Below are positions 23,470 through 37,041 of a stretch of DNA of 64,000 nt, in pieces. Made by a program: the position numbers and the translations under genes. The notes below the pieces were generated by a model. It was not told the DNA's origin and did no database searches. It saw only the letters and a program-made list of their open reading frames with translations. Numbering within the stretch: position 1 is the stretch's first letter; each line of letters opens with the position of its first letter. Origin of the DNA: Octopus bimaculoides (Eukaryota); NCBI RefSeq assembly GCF_001194135.2, contig NC_068989.1, positions 53,144,552 through 53,208,551 on the forward strand. The letters are read 5' to 3'.

Positions 23470-24764
23470 TACATGGAGACCCAAACTTCAATCCATAATT
23501 TTAAAATAAGACCGGTCATCAACTGCATTCAAAGTGCATATAAACAACTCTACAACCCAGGTACATATCTACCTGTTGATGAAGGCATGGTGGAGGGTAA
23601 AAGCAGAGTACGTTTCCGACAATATATGCCAGGAAAACCCACAAAGTGGGGGATCAAAGTTTGGAAGATTTGTGAAGCAGATATGGGGTACTGTTGTGGG
23701 TTTAGTTTTTATACAGGGAGAAGAGAAATGATCTAAGTCAGGGTACAACGAGGTCTGAAATTTATCATTTCCATACCATAACCAGGGCTGTATATTTTTT
23801 GACTTACTTTTTAGTTCAGTCAAACTTGTGGTAGATTTAGCTGTGACAACATACACATGTGCTACAGTAATTGCTTGTAGAAAAGGGCTGTCATTGGATA
23901 AAAAAAAAAAGCAAAATTTTTTTTTAAAAAGTGAAATAATCCAACAGCAGAAAGGAAATCTACCTATGCACAACCACGTGTAAATGAAAATGGCACCCTG
24001 TTTGTTAACCTCGATTATAACAGGTATATGGACGGAGTAGAACAGCTGAATCAAATGATAAGCTATTATCCAATTGGTACACTGGACAATAAATGGTGGT
24101 GATACCTGGATGTTCTTCCTAGCACCAACCACTCAAAGGTGTAGCCAGCCATTCCAAGAGTGTTCATATTATATACCAAATCAGGAGGAGCTCGAAAGCA
24201 GTGTGACGATCTGCAGTTCCAAGCAAATGTAGCAACACAGTTGAGGAAACGTTATTCCTTCAACAAAATAACAGTAGGACAGAAAGCCAAAGCCTGCCAG
24301 AGAGATATCCCTCCCATTTCAGCCAATCTCCACAAATTTAAAAAAAAAAAAGAAAAAAAAAATTAAGGTTGCAAACAGATGTGCTGTGAAAGTCTGCATC
24401 AACAAAACTCTTAGTGGATGGCCAGTTGAAACATCTTTCCAATGAGCATTCTGTAAGGTCGCATTATGTAGAATGGGATGTTTTACAAGTTTCTATGACA
24501 GAAATATTGCATGAATATTATTATATACATGTGTGATTACATTTTATAAATATTTTTAAAATTTACTGTTTCTACTTTTTATTTACCTGTAAATTGCAAT
24601 TTGCCTGCAAGGTGATAAGTTTTGATTTAATTTCTATTTTTAATCTTTATTATATACATTTTTAAGTATTCATGTATGTGTGCAAGTTCATTTCATTTAG
24701 TTGATATATAAGAACATACAATTATAAAAATGCAACAGGATTTTTTTAAACATCAAATGGTTAA
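23470..24764 (+). mobile_element. piggyBac transposase remnant with right end at TTAA
   Basis: PVDEGMVEGKSRVRFRQYMPGKPTKWGIKVWKICEA; DYNRYMDGVEQLNQMISYY; Cys-rich C-terminal remnant; …atgg|TTAA at 24761-24764. Confidence 0.85.
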
Positions 24765-24964
24765 GAGGGTCTATCTGAGTAAAATAGGAAGCAAAGGGGT
24801 CCACAGGTAAAAAATGTTTGCGAACCCCTATTCTAGATGGTTCTTTTCTCAACAACAACAACCCATGCTGCTGACACATGTTTAGAGTACTGCCAGAATT
24901 GAAAAACAGTCTGCTACTGTCCAGCAAAGATGCCTCCAAAGAAATCCTTGTTAAAATCACGGTA

Positions 24965-25311
24965 TAGCAACAGCTTGTTCGTGTGAGTGACCAATCACGT
25001 AACAGATCAACCAGACATCATGTAACAGATTGTTCTTGGAGCTTCCAGGATATTGTCTTAACAATACCTAGAAATAGGTACATTTTTGAGTGACAGTTTT
25101 TAGTGCATGGCAACATGCAGCTCAACTCCATAGCAACAGCTTGTTCATGTGAGTGGCCAAGTAATGGACCAATCACATAACAGACCAACCAGACATCATG
25201 TAACAGATCATTATTCTTGGAGCTTCCAGGATATTCTCTAAACAAGACCTACAAATAGGCACATTTTTGAGCACCAATTTTTAGTGTGTGGCAACATGCA
25301 GCTCAGCTCCA
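24965..25311. repeat. Diverged tandem duplication (166-bp and 181-bp units), each with GACCAATCA
   Basis: Units start at 24965 and 25131 (tagcaacagcttgttc…gcaacatgcagctca). Confidence 0.85.
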
Positions 25312-26328
25312 TATACTCTCTTGCGATTTATAACAGTGGTTATCAGAGCTCTTACGCAACCATAATATTCCATTAGAGTTGGCCGATATGAATTCTATGT
25401 GTATATTTTCTCCTGTCTTGGCAAGCTTAACTACATGGCCTTCTTAATCAACAATTTGTAAAAGCTACAGAATTATTTTTCACATTGTATCAAATTTGTT
25501 GCAGCAGCTAATTCACAACCAACAAGAAAATTACTTGTGCAGTGAAGTAAATCTTGTTAATTCATCACAGGTGTTGTGCATTCATTATATGCAGAACTGT
25601 CAATGTTCTGTCATTTCATATTCATGATAATCCTACAGACCATGACATAAGTTTAAGACTGGTTCTCAACAAGAATGCCTTAAAGCCAATGATCTAATTC
25701 TCAAAGCTGAATCTATATCAGAATTAGAGAGAAAACGCCAAGTATAGAAGACAGATCTAAAATAAAGGACATTAAACCAGGGTAAATTACCCAATATGAG
25801 ATAAAATGTAAAAATAAAATTCTTGGGGGAAATGAGGACTCATTAGATATAAGTAAAATTATATAAAAAAACATGTTCCTTACTATGATAGAAATTTTTC
25901 TTGCAACACTGCATCTGTCCAACGTAATGGATATGTAAATAGATTCATATAAATAGATTCAATAAATCTTTTGAATTCAGAGAATCTATGATTTTCTTCC
26001 TTTCAAATAAAGGGGTAACATTGGCATAAATAGATATATTTTAGGGTAATTGGTTAAAAAGTTCCCTGACCTACTACAATTTGGCTATAAAGCAAATTTA
26101 GCACTCACCCACATTGTCTAATCCCTCCCTCAAACCAACACAAACCACTTCATTCCTCCATACTGTTGGCCCAATTGAATTTCCTCCCAACTTCAGTTTT
26201 TTTTTCCTGATGGCATTTAACTTGCATGAGTGACAATATTAACAGTATCAATTTAATTAGTCCCATTAGAACAAGTAAAGAAAAAAAAAACCCTTACCCA
26301 CTCTATAGGATTGCCATGATATGAAAAC

Positions 26329-26370
26329 TAAGATACTTCCATGCATTGGACAATGCATGGAAGTATCTTA
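26329..26370. repeat. Perfect 20-bp inverted repeat with 2-nt spacer
   Basis: taagatacttccatgcattg-ga-caatgcatggaagtatctta. Confidence 0.9.
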
Positions 26371-26824
26371 TCAAAACTGTAACCAATGAGATTAACAAGC
26401 CTAACAATTTTGAAGAATCTTAATCACTCCTCAACCAAAAAATGGCCAGCTGCTTATATAAAAAGCTTTCCTACACACACACTCAAAGTATTTGCTGTCT
26501 AGCTTACATTGAAAACTACAAACAATAAAACCCCTCAAAGCTTTTCTTTATTGCTCTACAAGTCCAATTACCATGGGAAAATGTCCTGGCCACCACCATT
26601 AAACCTCACACTAAGGTTAGCTCCACCAGTTCTCTTCAAACTATTCAATCTATTCTGAAATTCAAAAACTCAAAACATGGTAGGAATTGAACTTAGTATT
26701 TTGCAATTTTGTTAAGCCTGTTACCCTCACTGCATCAATTCTGCTTGAATAGTTACAAAAAAGAAAAGATAACAAAAGTTGAAAAAAGAAAAAAAAAAGT
26801 CAAAAGTAAAGCCAGGAGGTGCCA

Positions 26825-26861
<37 letters not shown>

Positions 26862-27467
26862 TAAAATGCTTCTTGGAAGCAAAAGTGAAAGGTTTCAATA
26901 TTCACTCCAATTCAATGTTTCTCTTCTTGCAACAGCTTTTTCCAAATATCTAACTACCAACACAAACATTTTCAAGGTTGTTGTGCACCATCTGGATCCA
27001 CCAATGGGAAGAATCAAGTAAAGGTTCCTTCAAAGAAATAATAATAATAATGATGATAATAATAATGATAATAATGATAATAATAATAATAATAATAATG
27101 GTTTCAAATTTTGCCACAAGGGCAGCAGTTTCAGGGGCAGAGATGAGTCAATTACATTCACCCCATTGTTCAACAGGTACTTATTCTATCAACCCCAAAA
27201 GGATGAAAAGCAAAGTCAACCTCGGTACGTAGCGATGGGTGAAATACCACTAAGAATTTTGCCCAGCATGCTAACAATTCTGCCAGCTCACTACCTTAAT
27301 AATAATAATGAAATGATGATTTCAAATTTTGGCACAAGGCCAGCAATTTTGAGGGAGGGTGCTTGGTGATCACATCGAACCCAGTGCTTATTTTCTCAAC
27401 CCTGAGAGGATTAAAGGTAAAAATCAACCTTGGTGCAATTTGAGCTCAGAACATAAAGCCAGATGAG

Positions 27468-27840
27468 AGTGGCTGTGTGGTAAGTAGCTTACTTACCAAC
27501 TACATGGTTCTGGGTTCAGTCCCACTGTGTGGCACCTTGGGTGAGTGTCTTCTACTATAGCCTCGAGCCAACCAAAGCCTTGTGAGTGGATTTGGTAGAC
27601 AGAAACTGAAAGAAGCCTGTCGTATATATATATATGTATATGTACATGTGTGTGTGTGTGTGTGTGTGTGTTTGTGTTTATCCCCCCAACATCGCTTAAC
27701 AAACGATGCTGGTGTGTTTACATCCCCATGACTTAGTGGTTCGGCAAAAGACACCGATAGAATAAGTACTAGGCTTACAAAAAATAAGTCCTGGGGTTGA
27801 TCTGCTCGACTAAAAGGCAGTGCTCCAGCATGGCCGCAAG
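27468..27840 (+). mobile_element. tRNA-derived octopus-type SINE (OR-like) with internal TA/TG microsatellite
   Basis: A-box/B-box-like head ggctgtgtggtaag…gttcagtccc. Further copies at ~30045, 30290(-), 33440(-), 49990(-), 50327, 54890(-), 61882. Confidence 0.8.
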
Positions 27841-29523
27841 TATTTTGCCCAGCATGCTGCCTTGTAACTGATGATTTGAAATTTTGACACTAGACCAGAA
27901 GTTGTAAGGAGAGGATAATTTGATTACATCAACCCCCAGTACTCAACAGGTACTTATTTTATTGACACTCCTCCCCCCCCCCCGAAAAGGATGAAAAGCA
28001 AAACTGACCAGGATGAAATTTGAACTTTGGACATAAAACCAGATGAAATACCACTAAGCATGCCAATAATTCTGCCAGCTTGCCACCTTGTATCATAATA
28101 ATAATAATAATAATAATTGTTGTTGTTGATTGGTTCAAATTTTGGCACAAGGCCAGCCATTTCAACGGCAGGGTTACTTGATTACATAGACCCAAGTATT
28201 CAATAGGCACTTATCTTTATCAATCTTGAAAAGATGAAGGGCAAAATCAACCTTGGCAACATCTGAACTCAGAAAGTAGCTACATGTTTGCTGGTGAGAA
28301 AGAAAAATCTGTCACAGAAATAATCAGCTGTAAGCAGGTGTCATCATGGTCATCTATGATATGCTTTTGCAGAGTGCTGATGACACTACAAGAGTCTCCC
28401 AGATTCAATATCTCTTGGCAGAGATATTGGGATTGTTTGTCATTGCCTCACTCCAAGTGGATAGAGAGAGGTCCACATGGAGTTCATCCATCGTTCAATA
28501 GGTCTTGTTTTCAGTCCAACTGAGTGTGACCGATTTAATAAAGAATGTTAATGAAAAAGGGAGAGATGGCTAACAGCACAGAAAGGTTAATGAGAACAAA
28601 AAATAAATGATGGATTACATTGTATATATATTGGCATTCAATACAATTTCTGGATACCCAGGTATTATGAGAGAGAGAGAGACTAATAACAAGTTAAGAT
28701 TTACTGTCGAGAGAGAAGGGGCAGGTGAATGATGGGGAAATCACATGGTTTCAGGTTCAGTTCCACTATGTGGCACTATAGGCCAAAGCCTTCAACTAGA
28801 GTGTCGATCTGACCAGTTCTTAAGTAGATGGAATCTGAAAGAAGCATGCCATATACACATCTGTGTATATACATGTTTGAGTGAGTGAGTGTGCACGTAT
28901 AGGTACAGGCGTTTGTATTTTTGTCTCAACACTGTATGACAAATGTAAATAAGCCTTGTTCTTAATCTTCCATGAAAACTTATCAGACCATGGGAAAATA
29001 TTACCTTGTTTGGAAACAGCTAAGAGATGGCGACAAGAGCCCCTAACCATATAAATTTCTGCTTCAATAAATTCTGTTTAATCCATGAGAGCAGAGAAAA
29101 GTGGAAGTCAAAATAAAAACAGAAGCTCATTTTCTTTCAAAGAGAATAAGCTTTATGCCTATTTCTTTTTAAAATTACTATATATTCAATTTGTTTTATG
29201 TTGTTAGACAAATAACATGTTGTATTAGTTTGCTGATGTATTGTATGTGTGTTATTGGTTTACACTACATTCCAAATTTTTCATGTAAATACAAAAAAAA
29301 ACTGATGCTAATATTGTCTTTATATGGGCTATTTGCTACAGTAAAACTAGGTTTTAAAAGACAAAAACGAAACTATATTAATTAAATTGAGCATACCTTT
29401 TTCAATCTCTGTGTGCATGTGTGTAAATGTAAAGAGAGAAATACTGCTGTGTTAAATACCATACAACAAAAATTCTCAACATTATTTACATTTGACGGAT
29501 ATTTGTCCATCTCGTTTGTTGTT

Positions 29524-29569
29524 AACACAACGTTTCGGCTGATATACCCTCCAGCCTTCATCGGGTGTC
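29524..29569 (-). ncRNA. Minimal hammerhead in a dispersed repeat, U4C variant
   Basis: Minus strand: gacac-CCGATGA-a-ggctg…cagcc-GAAA-cGTT-gtgtt. The flank of the same repeat recurs at ~56538-56600. Confidence 0.5.
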
Positions 29570-31789
29570 TTGGGGAAATTTCGAACCTGGGTTCTCAGTC
29601 CTAAGGTATTTTTGGATATTACTATTATTATTATTATTCATGTCACTGCCTAGAATAGAACTTGGAATCTTGAGGTTAGTAGCCCGCGCTCTCAACCACT
29701 ACGCCATTATTCGATTTATCTCCACTTTTAGAGAATGCATCATGATCAATAAATGGCAATTATGACTAGCCCTACTCCAGAAGTGACATGCCATTGAAAA
29801 AAAATACATGATTGTCTGGAGACAAGAGGACAGTTTTCATCAGCACGACAACTGACCCGTCTCCAGCAGCCAAGGAACTTGAACTTATACAAAACATTGT
29901 AGAAAACAGTAATAGCAAAGGTAAATTTGCACAACCGGGCTAAGTGAAATAACTCGCTAAGGACCACTTTCTTAACTCATTTTTGTTTTTATTCTTTTAT
30001 TTTTTCACTTGTTTAAAGGAATGTGGCAAAAAGCATTTTAAAATGAGCTTGCTTCTCAACCACATGGTTCCAGGTTCAGTCCCACTGTGTGACACTGGGC
30101 AAATATCTTCTACTCTGCCTTCTACTCAACCAACCAAAGCCTTGTGAGTGGATTTGGTAGATGGTAACTGAAAGAAGCCTGTTGTGTGTGTGTGTGTGTG
30201 TGTGTATGGAGCTTGTGTGTGTATGCAGCCATGATGGAGCAGCACCTTGAAAGGTTTAAGTCAAACAAATCAGCTCTAGGACTTGTAGAAGGCAGAGTAG
30301 AAGATACTTGCCCAGAGTGTCACACAGTGGGACTGAACCCAGAACCATGTGGTTGAGAAGCAAGCTCATTTTAAAAAACTTTTTGCTACATTCCTTTAAA
30401 ATGAATTACAACTAGCTGGGTGATGATAAAATATCAACCCAAAGCTGCGGTTTGGTAGAATAGTTAAGGCACTGCACATGATACTTTCCAGCTTTTGTCC
30501 TGGCTCTTTGCACACTGAGTTCAAATCCCACCAAGGGCAACATGTGCTATTATGAACCTCTTAAAACAGCAAGAGATGAAGTATCTGGTGCATACCAATA
30601 TCAAATGCATCACCAATGTGACATGCTGATTTTATACAGGCCAATCAGTGTGCAAATATAAACTTATATTCTCTTTTACACACAACAAGAGAGTAACGTT
30701 CATTGAAAGACTTCTACTAAATTAAATTGATCAATATGTACCAGTAGAACAAAATATGCATGGAATGGCACAAGCAATTTAACACAGAAACCCCGAGATG
30801 AAATTATTAAACTATCAAATGGAAATACCTTGCAGTATTTGAATCCACTCTGCCACCCTATCTTTCACAACTTTCAGAGGCCTTGCAAAAAAAAAAGGGT
30901 TATAGGTATTGTTTTTCACTCATTAAATAATAAAAAAAAAATGTAATACATATGCAGATTGCAAATTTTGTCTCTTAATTGGGGCTACTCGCTACTTGAA
31001 AATTTTAATTTTTAACATTAAGAATTCTATCATCATATCACCATTTTAAAGATTATTTTTCCATACTTGCATGGGCCATTAAAATACATTAAGGGCTGAC
31101 TTTTCCAAGGCCAGAAACCATTTTTGATAGCCTCACTCGTTTCCAAACAAGGTAATAATCCTTCCATTGCCTATCAAACAATGAAGGGCATTCAGCCATA
31201 AAAACCAAACTATGAATGAAACACGAGCGAGAGGTTGTGCTTTGACTCATCCGAGAAAGCAGTAACTCTGAGTTTACTCCCTTCATACAGCATATAAAGC
31301 AAATCTATCTATCCATCAGAGTTTCCATTCGACGGTTGTAATCAAATTTAGATCGCAACTGTCCGACAAGTGGAAATGTGAAACTGAGGAAGTTTTATGA
31401 TGTCATTGCAGCTTTAATAAAAGAGCATATCACACTACCTTCAGTATTCGAGTACTATCCTTTACCACCTTGTTTTGCATTTATGTGCTTACTTGTATGT
31501 GCGTGTGTGTCTGCATGTGTGCATGCATGTGTGTGTGTGTGTGTGTGCATCAACGCTTAAATCTAACCTATTTTCTGTTACATTCCAGAGATTCAATGCT
31601 GAGTGGCAGAAACAGAAATATTGTTACAGCAAAAATTCTGCTCAATACCAGATTTGCTTTGTCAGTTTGCTTGACTTTAACCATTTGTGCATGTCCTTTA
31701 TTTATATATTTTATCTTTTACTTGTTTCAGATATTAGACACCGGGCATGTTGGGGCACTGCCTTGAAGAATTTTAACTCAAATGAAAAG

Positions 31790-32990
31790 AAGAAGTTTGC
31801 CTATGTTCAGTGAAGTGAGGATCAAAGAACTGAAGTGTTTCGAATTGCAAGACAATGTGTGAGAGAAAATTGCGATGTCACAGGAGAGAAGCATGTCTGT
31901 ATGGATGAGGGTGCACTTGCATTTCATGATTCTGCAAAGAAAGAGGCTTGGAAATGCCATTATGAAAGACTGCTGGACGTAGAGAATGACTAGGAGGAGG
32001 AGAGTCTGCCAAATGTTGACCTAATTGAGAGACCAACTACGTGAATCAATAGTACCTTGACAGATAAAGCAATTAAGGATACGGAAGCAGGGAAAGCCCC
32101 CAGCCCATCGGGAATCACTGCTGAGATGCTTAAAATATCTGGTTGTGTGGGTTATGGTCTAGTCACCCGTATTGTAAATCAGGTGGTTCATGAATGACTA
32201 GTGTACCAGCACCATAGTCAACTGCTACAAAGGTAAAGGTGATGCTTGGCATAGAAATAATTACAGAGGTATCAAATTGTTAAATCAGGTGATGAAAGTT
32301 ATGGAGAGATCATAGCTCAACTAATTAGGGACAGAGTTAGTCTAGATGAGATGCAGTTTGGTTTTGTGCCACAGAGAAGCACCACTGATGCTATATTTCT
32401 AGTAAGGCAGCTGCAGAAGAAACACACAGCCAAAGATAAACCACTGTACTTGGCTTTTGTCGATTTGGAGAAAACCTTTGACAGGGTTCCTTAATCTTTT
32501 ATCTGGTGGTCAATGCAGAATTTAGGGATAGACGAGTGGTTGGTAAGAGCTGTACAAGCCATGTACAGGGACGCCACCAGTAAGGTGAAGGTTGGCAATG
32601 AGTACATCGAAGAATTCAGCATACAATTGGGAGCTCACAAAGGATCGGACCTCAGCCCCCTCTTGTTCATCATAGTCCTCCAGGTAATAACAGAGGAATT
32701 TAAGACAGGCTGCTCCTGGGAAATGAAGCCAGTATGCTTCGCTAGATGTGCAATGTCAGTGTGTATGCTTGATAGAACATAAGAAGCATCAGATGTGGTG
32801 TGCAAGAGAGACAACTGTGCTGATATGGTCGTGTGATGCGGATGGATGAGGACAGCTGTGTAAAGAAGTGCTAATCTCTAACAGTGGAGGAAACCTGTGG
32901 TGGAAGTAGACCCAAGAAGACATGGGATGAGGTGGTGAAGCATGATCTTTCAACTTTGCGCCTCACAGAGGCAAGGACTAGTGATGGAGA
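31790..32990 (+). mobile_element. RTE LINE RT fragment with internal deletion
   Basis: GKAPSPSGITAEMLK; QFGFVPQRSTTDAIFLVRQLQ…FVDLEKTFD; GSDLSPLLF; C-terminal RPKKTWDEVVKHDL. Confidence 0.88.
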
Positions 32991-35900
32991 CCTTTGGCAA
33001 TATGCTGTGCTTGAGAAAATCCGTCAAGCCAAGTGAAATCATAGTCGTGGTTGATGTCATGTAACTGGCACCCATGACGGTGGCACATAAAAAGCACCTT
33101 TTCAGCATCGGACCTCACAGAGGCAATGACCAAGACATTTGGCAGTATGTCATGCTTGAGAAGACCCATCAAGTAAAATCACAGTTGTGGCAGATACTGA
33201 TGTCATGCAAATGGCACATAAAAGCACCCATTACACTCTCAGAGTGGTTGGTGTTAGAAAGAGCATCCAGCTGTATAAACCGTGCCAAATCAGACTGGAG
33301 TCTGGTGCAGCCTTCCAGCTTGCCAGCCCTGGTCAAACAGTCTGACCCATGCCAGCATGGACAACAGACGCTAAATGATGATGACTCAACCCCAATACTT
33401 TTTTTTTTTTCCCAATTTTAAAGCAGTGGTAGGAAACAAACACAAAGATACACACACAACAGGCTTCTTTCAGTTTCCGTCTACCAAATTCACTCGCAAA
33501 GCTTTGGTTGGCCTGACACTTGCCCAAGGTGAAACGCAGTGGGACTGAACCTAGAAAAATATGGTTGGGAAGCAAGCTTCTTACCACACAGCCACATGGG
33601 CCAAACGAAATCCACTGAAGCAGATTTACAGCCAGACATGCTTCCTATTGCAAACAAACAACGTTACTTGTTTGATAGTGATGATCATTTAGAATTAATT
33701 TGTGATGTCAACACAAGGCAATTGTGAGCACGCACACACGATGGACTCCTTTCAGTTTCCATCTAGCACTCACAAGGATTTGTTCAGATTGGAGCTGTAG
33801 TAGAAGGCACTTAAACCATGGTGTTACTCAATGGGGCTGAACCAGTACCCATATGATTACAATGTGGATTTCTTAGCCACAGTCATGTCTGTATACACAC
33901 ACAAACACATGCAAATGATAAAATACAAGCACAATAATAATGAAAACATCAAGCATCAAATCCTGTACTTGATGTTATATACTATATAATTTTAGTGACC
34001 CCAGAGGGATGAGGAAAGACCAAGTTGACCTCTATGAGATTTGAATACAGAATGTAAAAAGAAGAAATACAGCAAGACATTTTGTCCAAGATTTTAATGA
34101 TTCTGCCAATCCACAATTTCTGATTCAGACACAAGGCCAGAAATTTGGCTAAGTAAATTGGACCCAGTACTTGACTAGTACCCCCCCCCCCCCACTTGTT
34201 AATTGAATGACAATAATATTAGAGACACGCAGTTATAAGTATATACAAATCAACAACCATGGACAGTAAGATCCATGATTGTAGAGTCCAAGAAGTATAA
34301 AGTTCCAATTGCAATCTGGGCGGAGTGGTAGGAAAGTGATTCAGGTGAGATGAGGATTCAAGAGAGGAAGAAGAGGAAGTTCAGTCAGGTTGGATTAATC
34401 TATGTTATGTCTGCAGAGATACATTGTGTCCAAGCACTTATAACATGGATACACAACACTAACAAAATTTTAATTTTTTTTTCATATCTTTGGTTAGGAA
34501 GTGCTATTTATTTGCTTCCATCTAGCAATCAAAGGAAATCACTACTATTCCCTTTCAAACTTTGCTTTTGTGACCTGGACATCAATGTTTTGAACCTTGC
34601 CTATTTTCCATTACATATCAGACAGATTCAGTGCTGAGTTGCTGAAGCAGAAATACTGTTACAGCAAATATTCTGCTCAATAACATAGATTTGCTTTGTC
34701 AGTTTGCTTGGCTTTAACCATTTGAGCATGTCCCTTAGAGAGTGACAATATGTGCAACTCTAATCATTGGCAGGAGTAGTCGGAGAACATCATAGCCATG
34801 TGTTGAGAGGGATTCTTTGGGGGCTTGAAAAAATGTAATGAAAGCAAAGCTATTTTTAATACTTTCTACAGGTAAGCAAATAAATAACAGCTGCTACCCA
34901 AGGACAAAAGTACACAGTGTAACAAAGGCAGTGATTTACATTAAAGATAAATATGTTAATAATCTCAAGTAAGAGATAATTATACAGAAGATGCTTGCTT
35001 TTGTCAATGTCGAAAGAGTATTTTTTTTTTCTAATATTTATCTGTAATTTTTATCAACTTTTCTTCATAACTGAAACAATTTTCCATATTACACACACAC
35101 ACACACACACTTCTGCAAATGTGTTAATATTAAAGCAGAAGAGATACAGTTTGTAAACTATCTTTGGTTTTTTTATCCTTTCATTATTAATAAGCTAAAT
35201 GTCTTTAACTGCCTCTCTTCTCATGCCTACAATTAAGAATTATATTTACAGCACATCTTGCTAAAGAAATTCAATAATGGATGGCTCCATCTTTACCAAT
35301 TAGACAAATACTTGGCTTGTTTTTTCTTCATACCTCTTTGCTTCTAATTGTTACTTCAACAGATGTATTGACGACTATGAGGTAGCAAGTTCTATAGTAA
35401 TGTCGTTAGCAGAAGTCAGTAGTTTGAGTGGATGACACAGTTTCTATAAGAAAAACACAAATATCTGCCACTAAAGCAGGTTTCAAAATGATTGGAAGAA
35501 GACAGGAATAGAATCTGATTATGAAGAACACACATTCTGCTAAAAGAGCAGTGTCTGGAAGTGAATTCATTGTCAGTAAGGGAAGAAGAGATAGCTGACT
35601 ACAATTAAACCCAAGAACAGACACAGATACACACACATAGCATTTATGTGATTCTGGGACCAAGATCTGAATCATTGGCTATATTACTTCTGAGGTGGAA
35701 TGGATGTTTTCCAAAAGGAGTGCATTTATTTCATCTCTTTAGTAATAATGAGGATGATAATTATTCTTACTATAGGCACAAGGCCTGAAATTTTGGGGCA
35801 GGGGACTAGTCAATTACATCAATCCCAGTACATAACAGGTACTTATTTCATTGACCACAAAAGGAAGAAAGACAAAATTGGCCTCAGCAGAATTTGAACT

Positions 35901-36793
35901 CAGAATGTAACGACAGGCAAAATACAACTAAGCATTTCATTCAGCATACTAACGATTCTCCAGCCGCCTTAAAATAGTAAATGCCCTGATACAGTACCAC
36001 GTAGCAGCTCTCAAGGCTTTTGATCTCAACTGATTGGAAGTGTTATTACGTACATGTTTTGCCTTGGTGGCAAAGATGGGCTACAACAAAGCATCTCTGA
36101 TCACAAGTAGAAGTAGTGGGGGAGCATCATAGTCATGCGTTGAGAGGAATTTGGTGGGGGGTTCATAATTCACCTCTGGAAACATAGGTCTTTCATTCAT
36201 CATCCTTAAACTTTATTCAGGGACCTTTTGAGCAAGATGGGATACTCGACCCGAAGAAAATTCTAACTTCCCCACTGCGTTTATCTTGATATGAGATCAC
36301 CATGTCATGCACATATGGTTATGATGCATGTACCTGGTGTACCCTTATCAGACGGGTAGTCATGATGGGTATATTGGGTTTTGCATATTTTTACAGCAGT
36401 GTAACTTTGATGGCATGCACAGCTGTCTCAATAATAATAATGGTTTCACATTTTGGCACAAGGCAACCAGTTTCATTGATATTTTATTGACCAAGAAAGG
36501 ATGAAGGCGAAAGCAGGCCTTGGCGGAATTTGTAAACTCAGAATGTAAAGACAGATAAAATACTGTTAAGCATTTTGGCCAATGTGATGATTCCACCAGC
36601 TAGCTACCTTAATAGTAATAATTCTTTCTACTATACGCACAAGGCCTGAAATTTTGGGGGAAAGGACTAGTCAATTACATCAACCCCAGTACTTGACTGG
36701 TACTTATTTTATTGACCCTGATAGGATGAAAGGCAAAGTCGACCTTCATGGAATTTGAACTCTGAATGGACAAAAGCTTGCTACCTTAATAAT

Positions 36794-37041
36794 AAGAGCA
36801 CTCAGAGAGCGCAAACCTCCGCCAAGGCAACACCAATGTCCTCTCAACGATTAATAATCCAGAATCCTTGTCTGGTACTGGATTGATCCCAAAACCTAAT
36901 CAGTTTGTGTCAGTCACGAGGCCAAACATCCCTGAAAGTTTCATCCAAATCCATTCAGCGGTTCTTGAGATATCTCATCCACAGACGAACAAACAAACAC
37001 GACAGAAAACAATACCTCCACCTTCGCTAAGGCAGAGGTAA
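36794..37041 (+). mobile_element. Helentron-associated/DINE-1-like non-autonomous element
   Basis: 5' sub-terminal acctccgccaagg; 3' hairpin acctccaccttcgctaaggcagaggt followed by aataa repeats. Confidence 0.55.

Noticed and set aside
27468-27540. tRNA genes at SINE heads (also 46845, 49860-49930, 61882)
   Set aside because: Only A/B boxes; no complete cloverleaf, and they continue into SINE bodies
31040-31370. Weak piggyBac-like peptide (MYFNGPCKYGK) on the minus strand
   Set aside because: Too degenerate to support by eye
35330-35620. Possible next exon of the minus-strand gene
   Set aside because: Splice-like signals exist, but the phase-1-compatible frames hit stops quickly and give no convincing peptide
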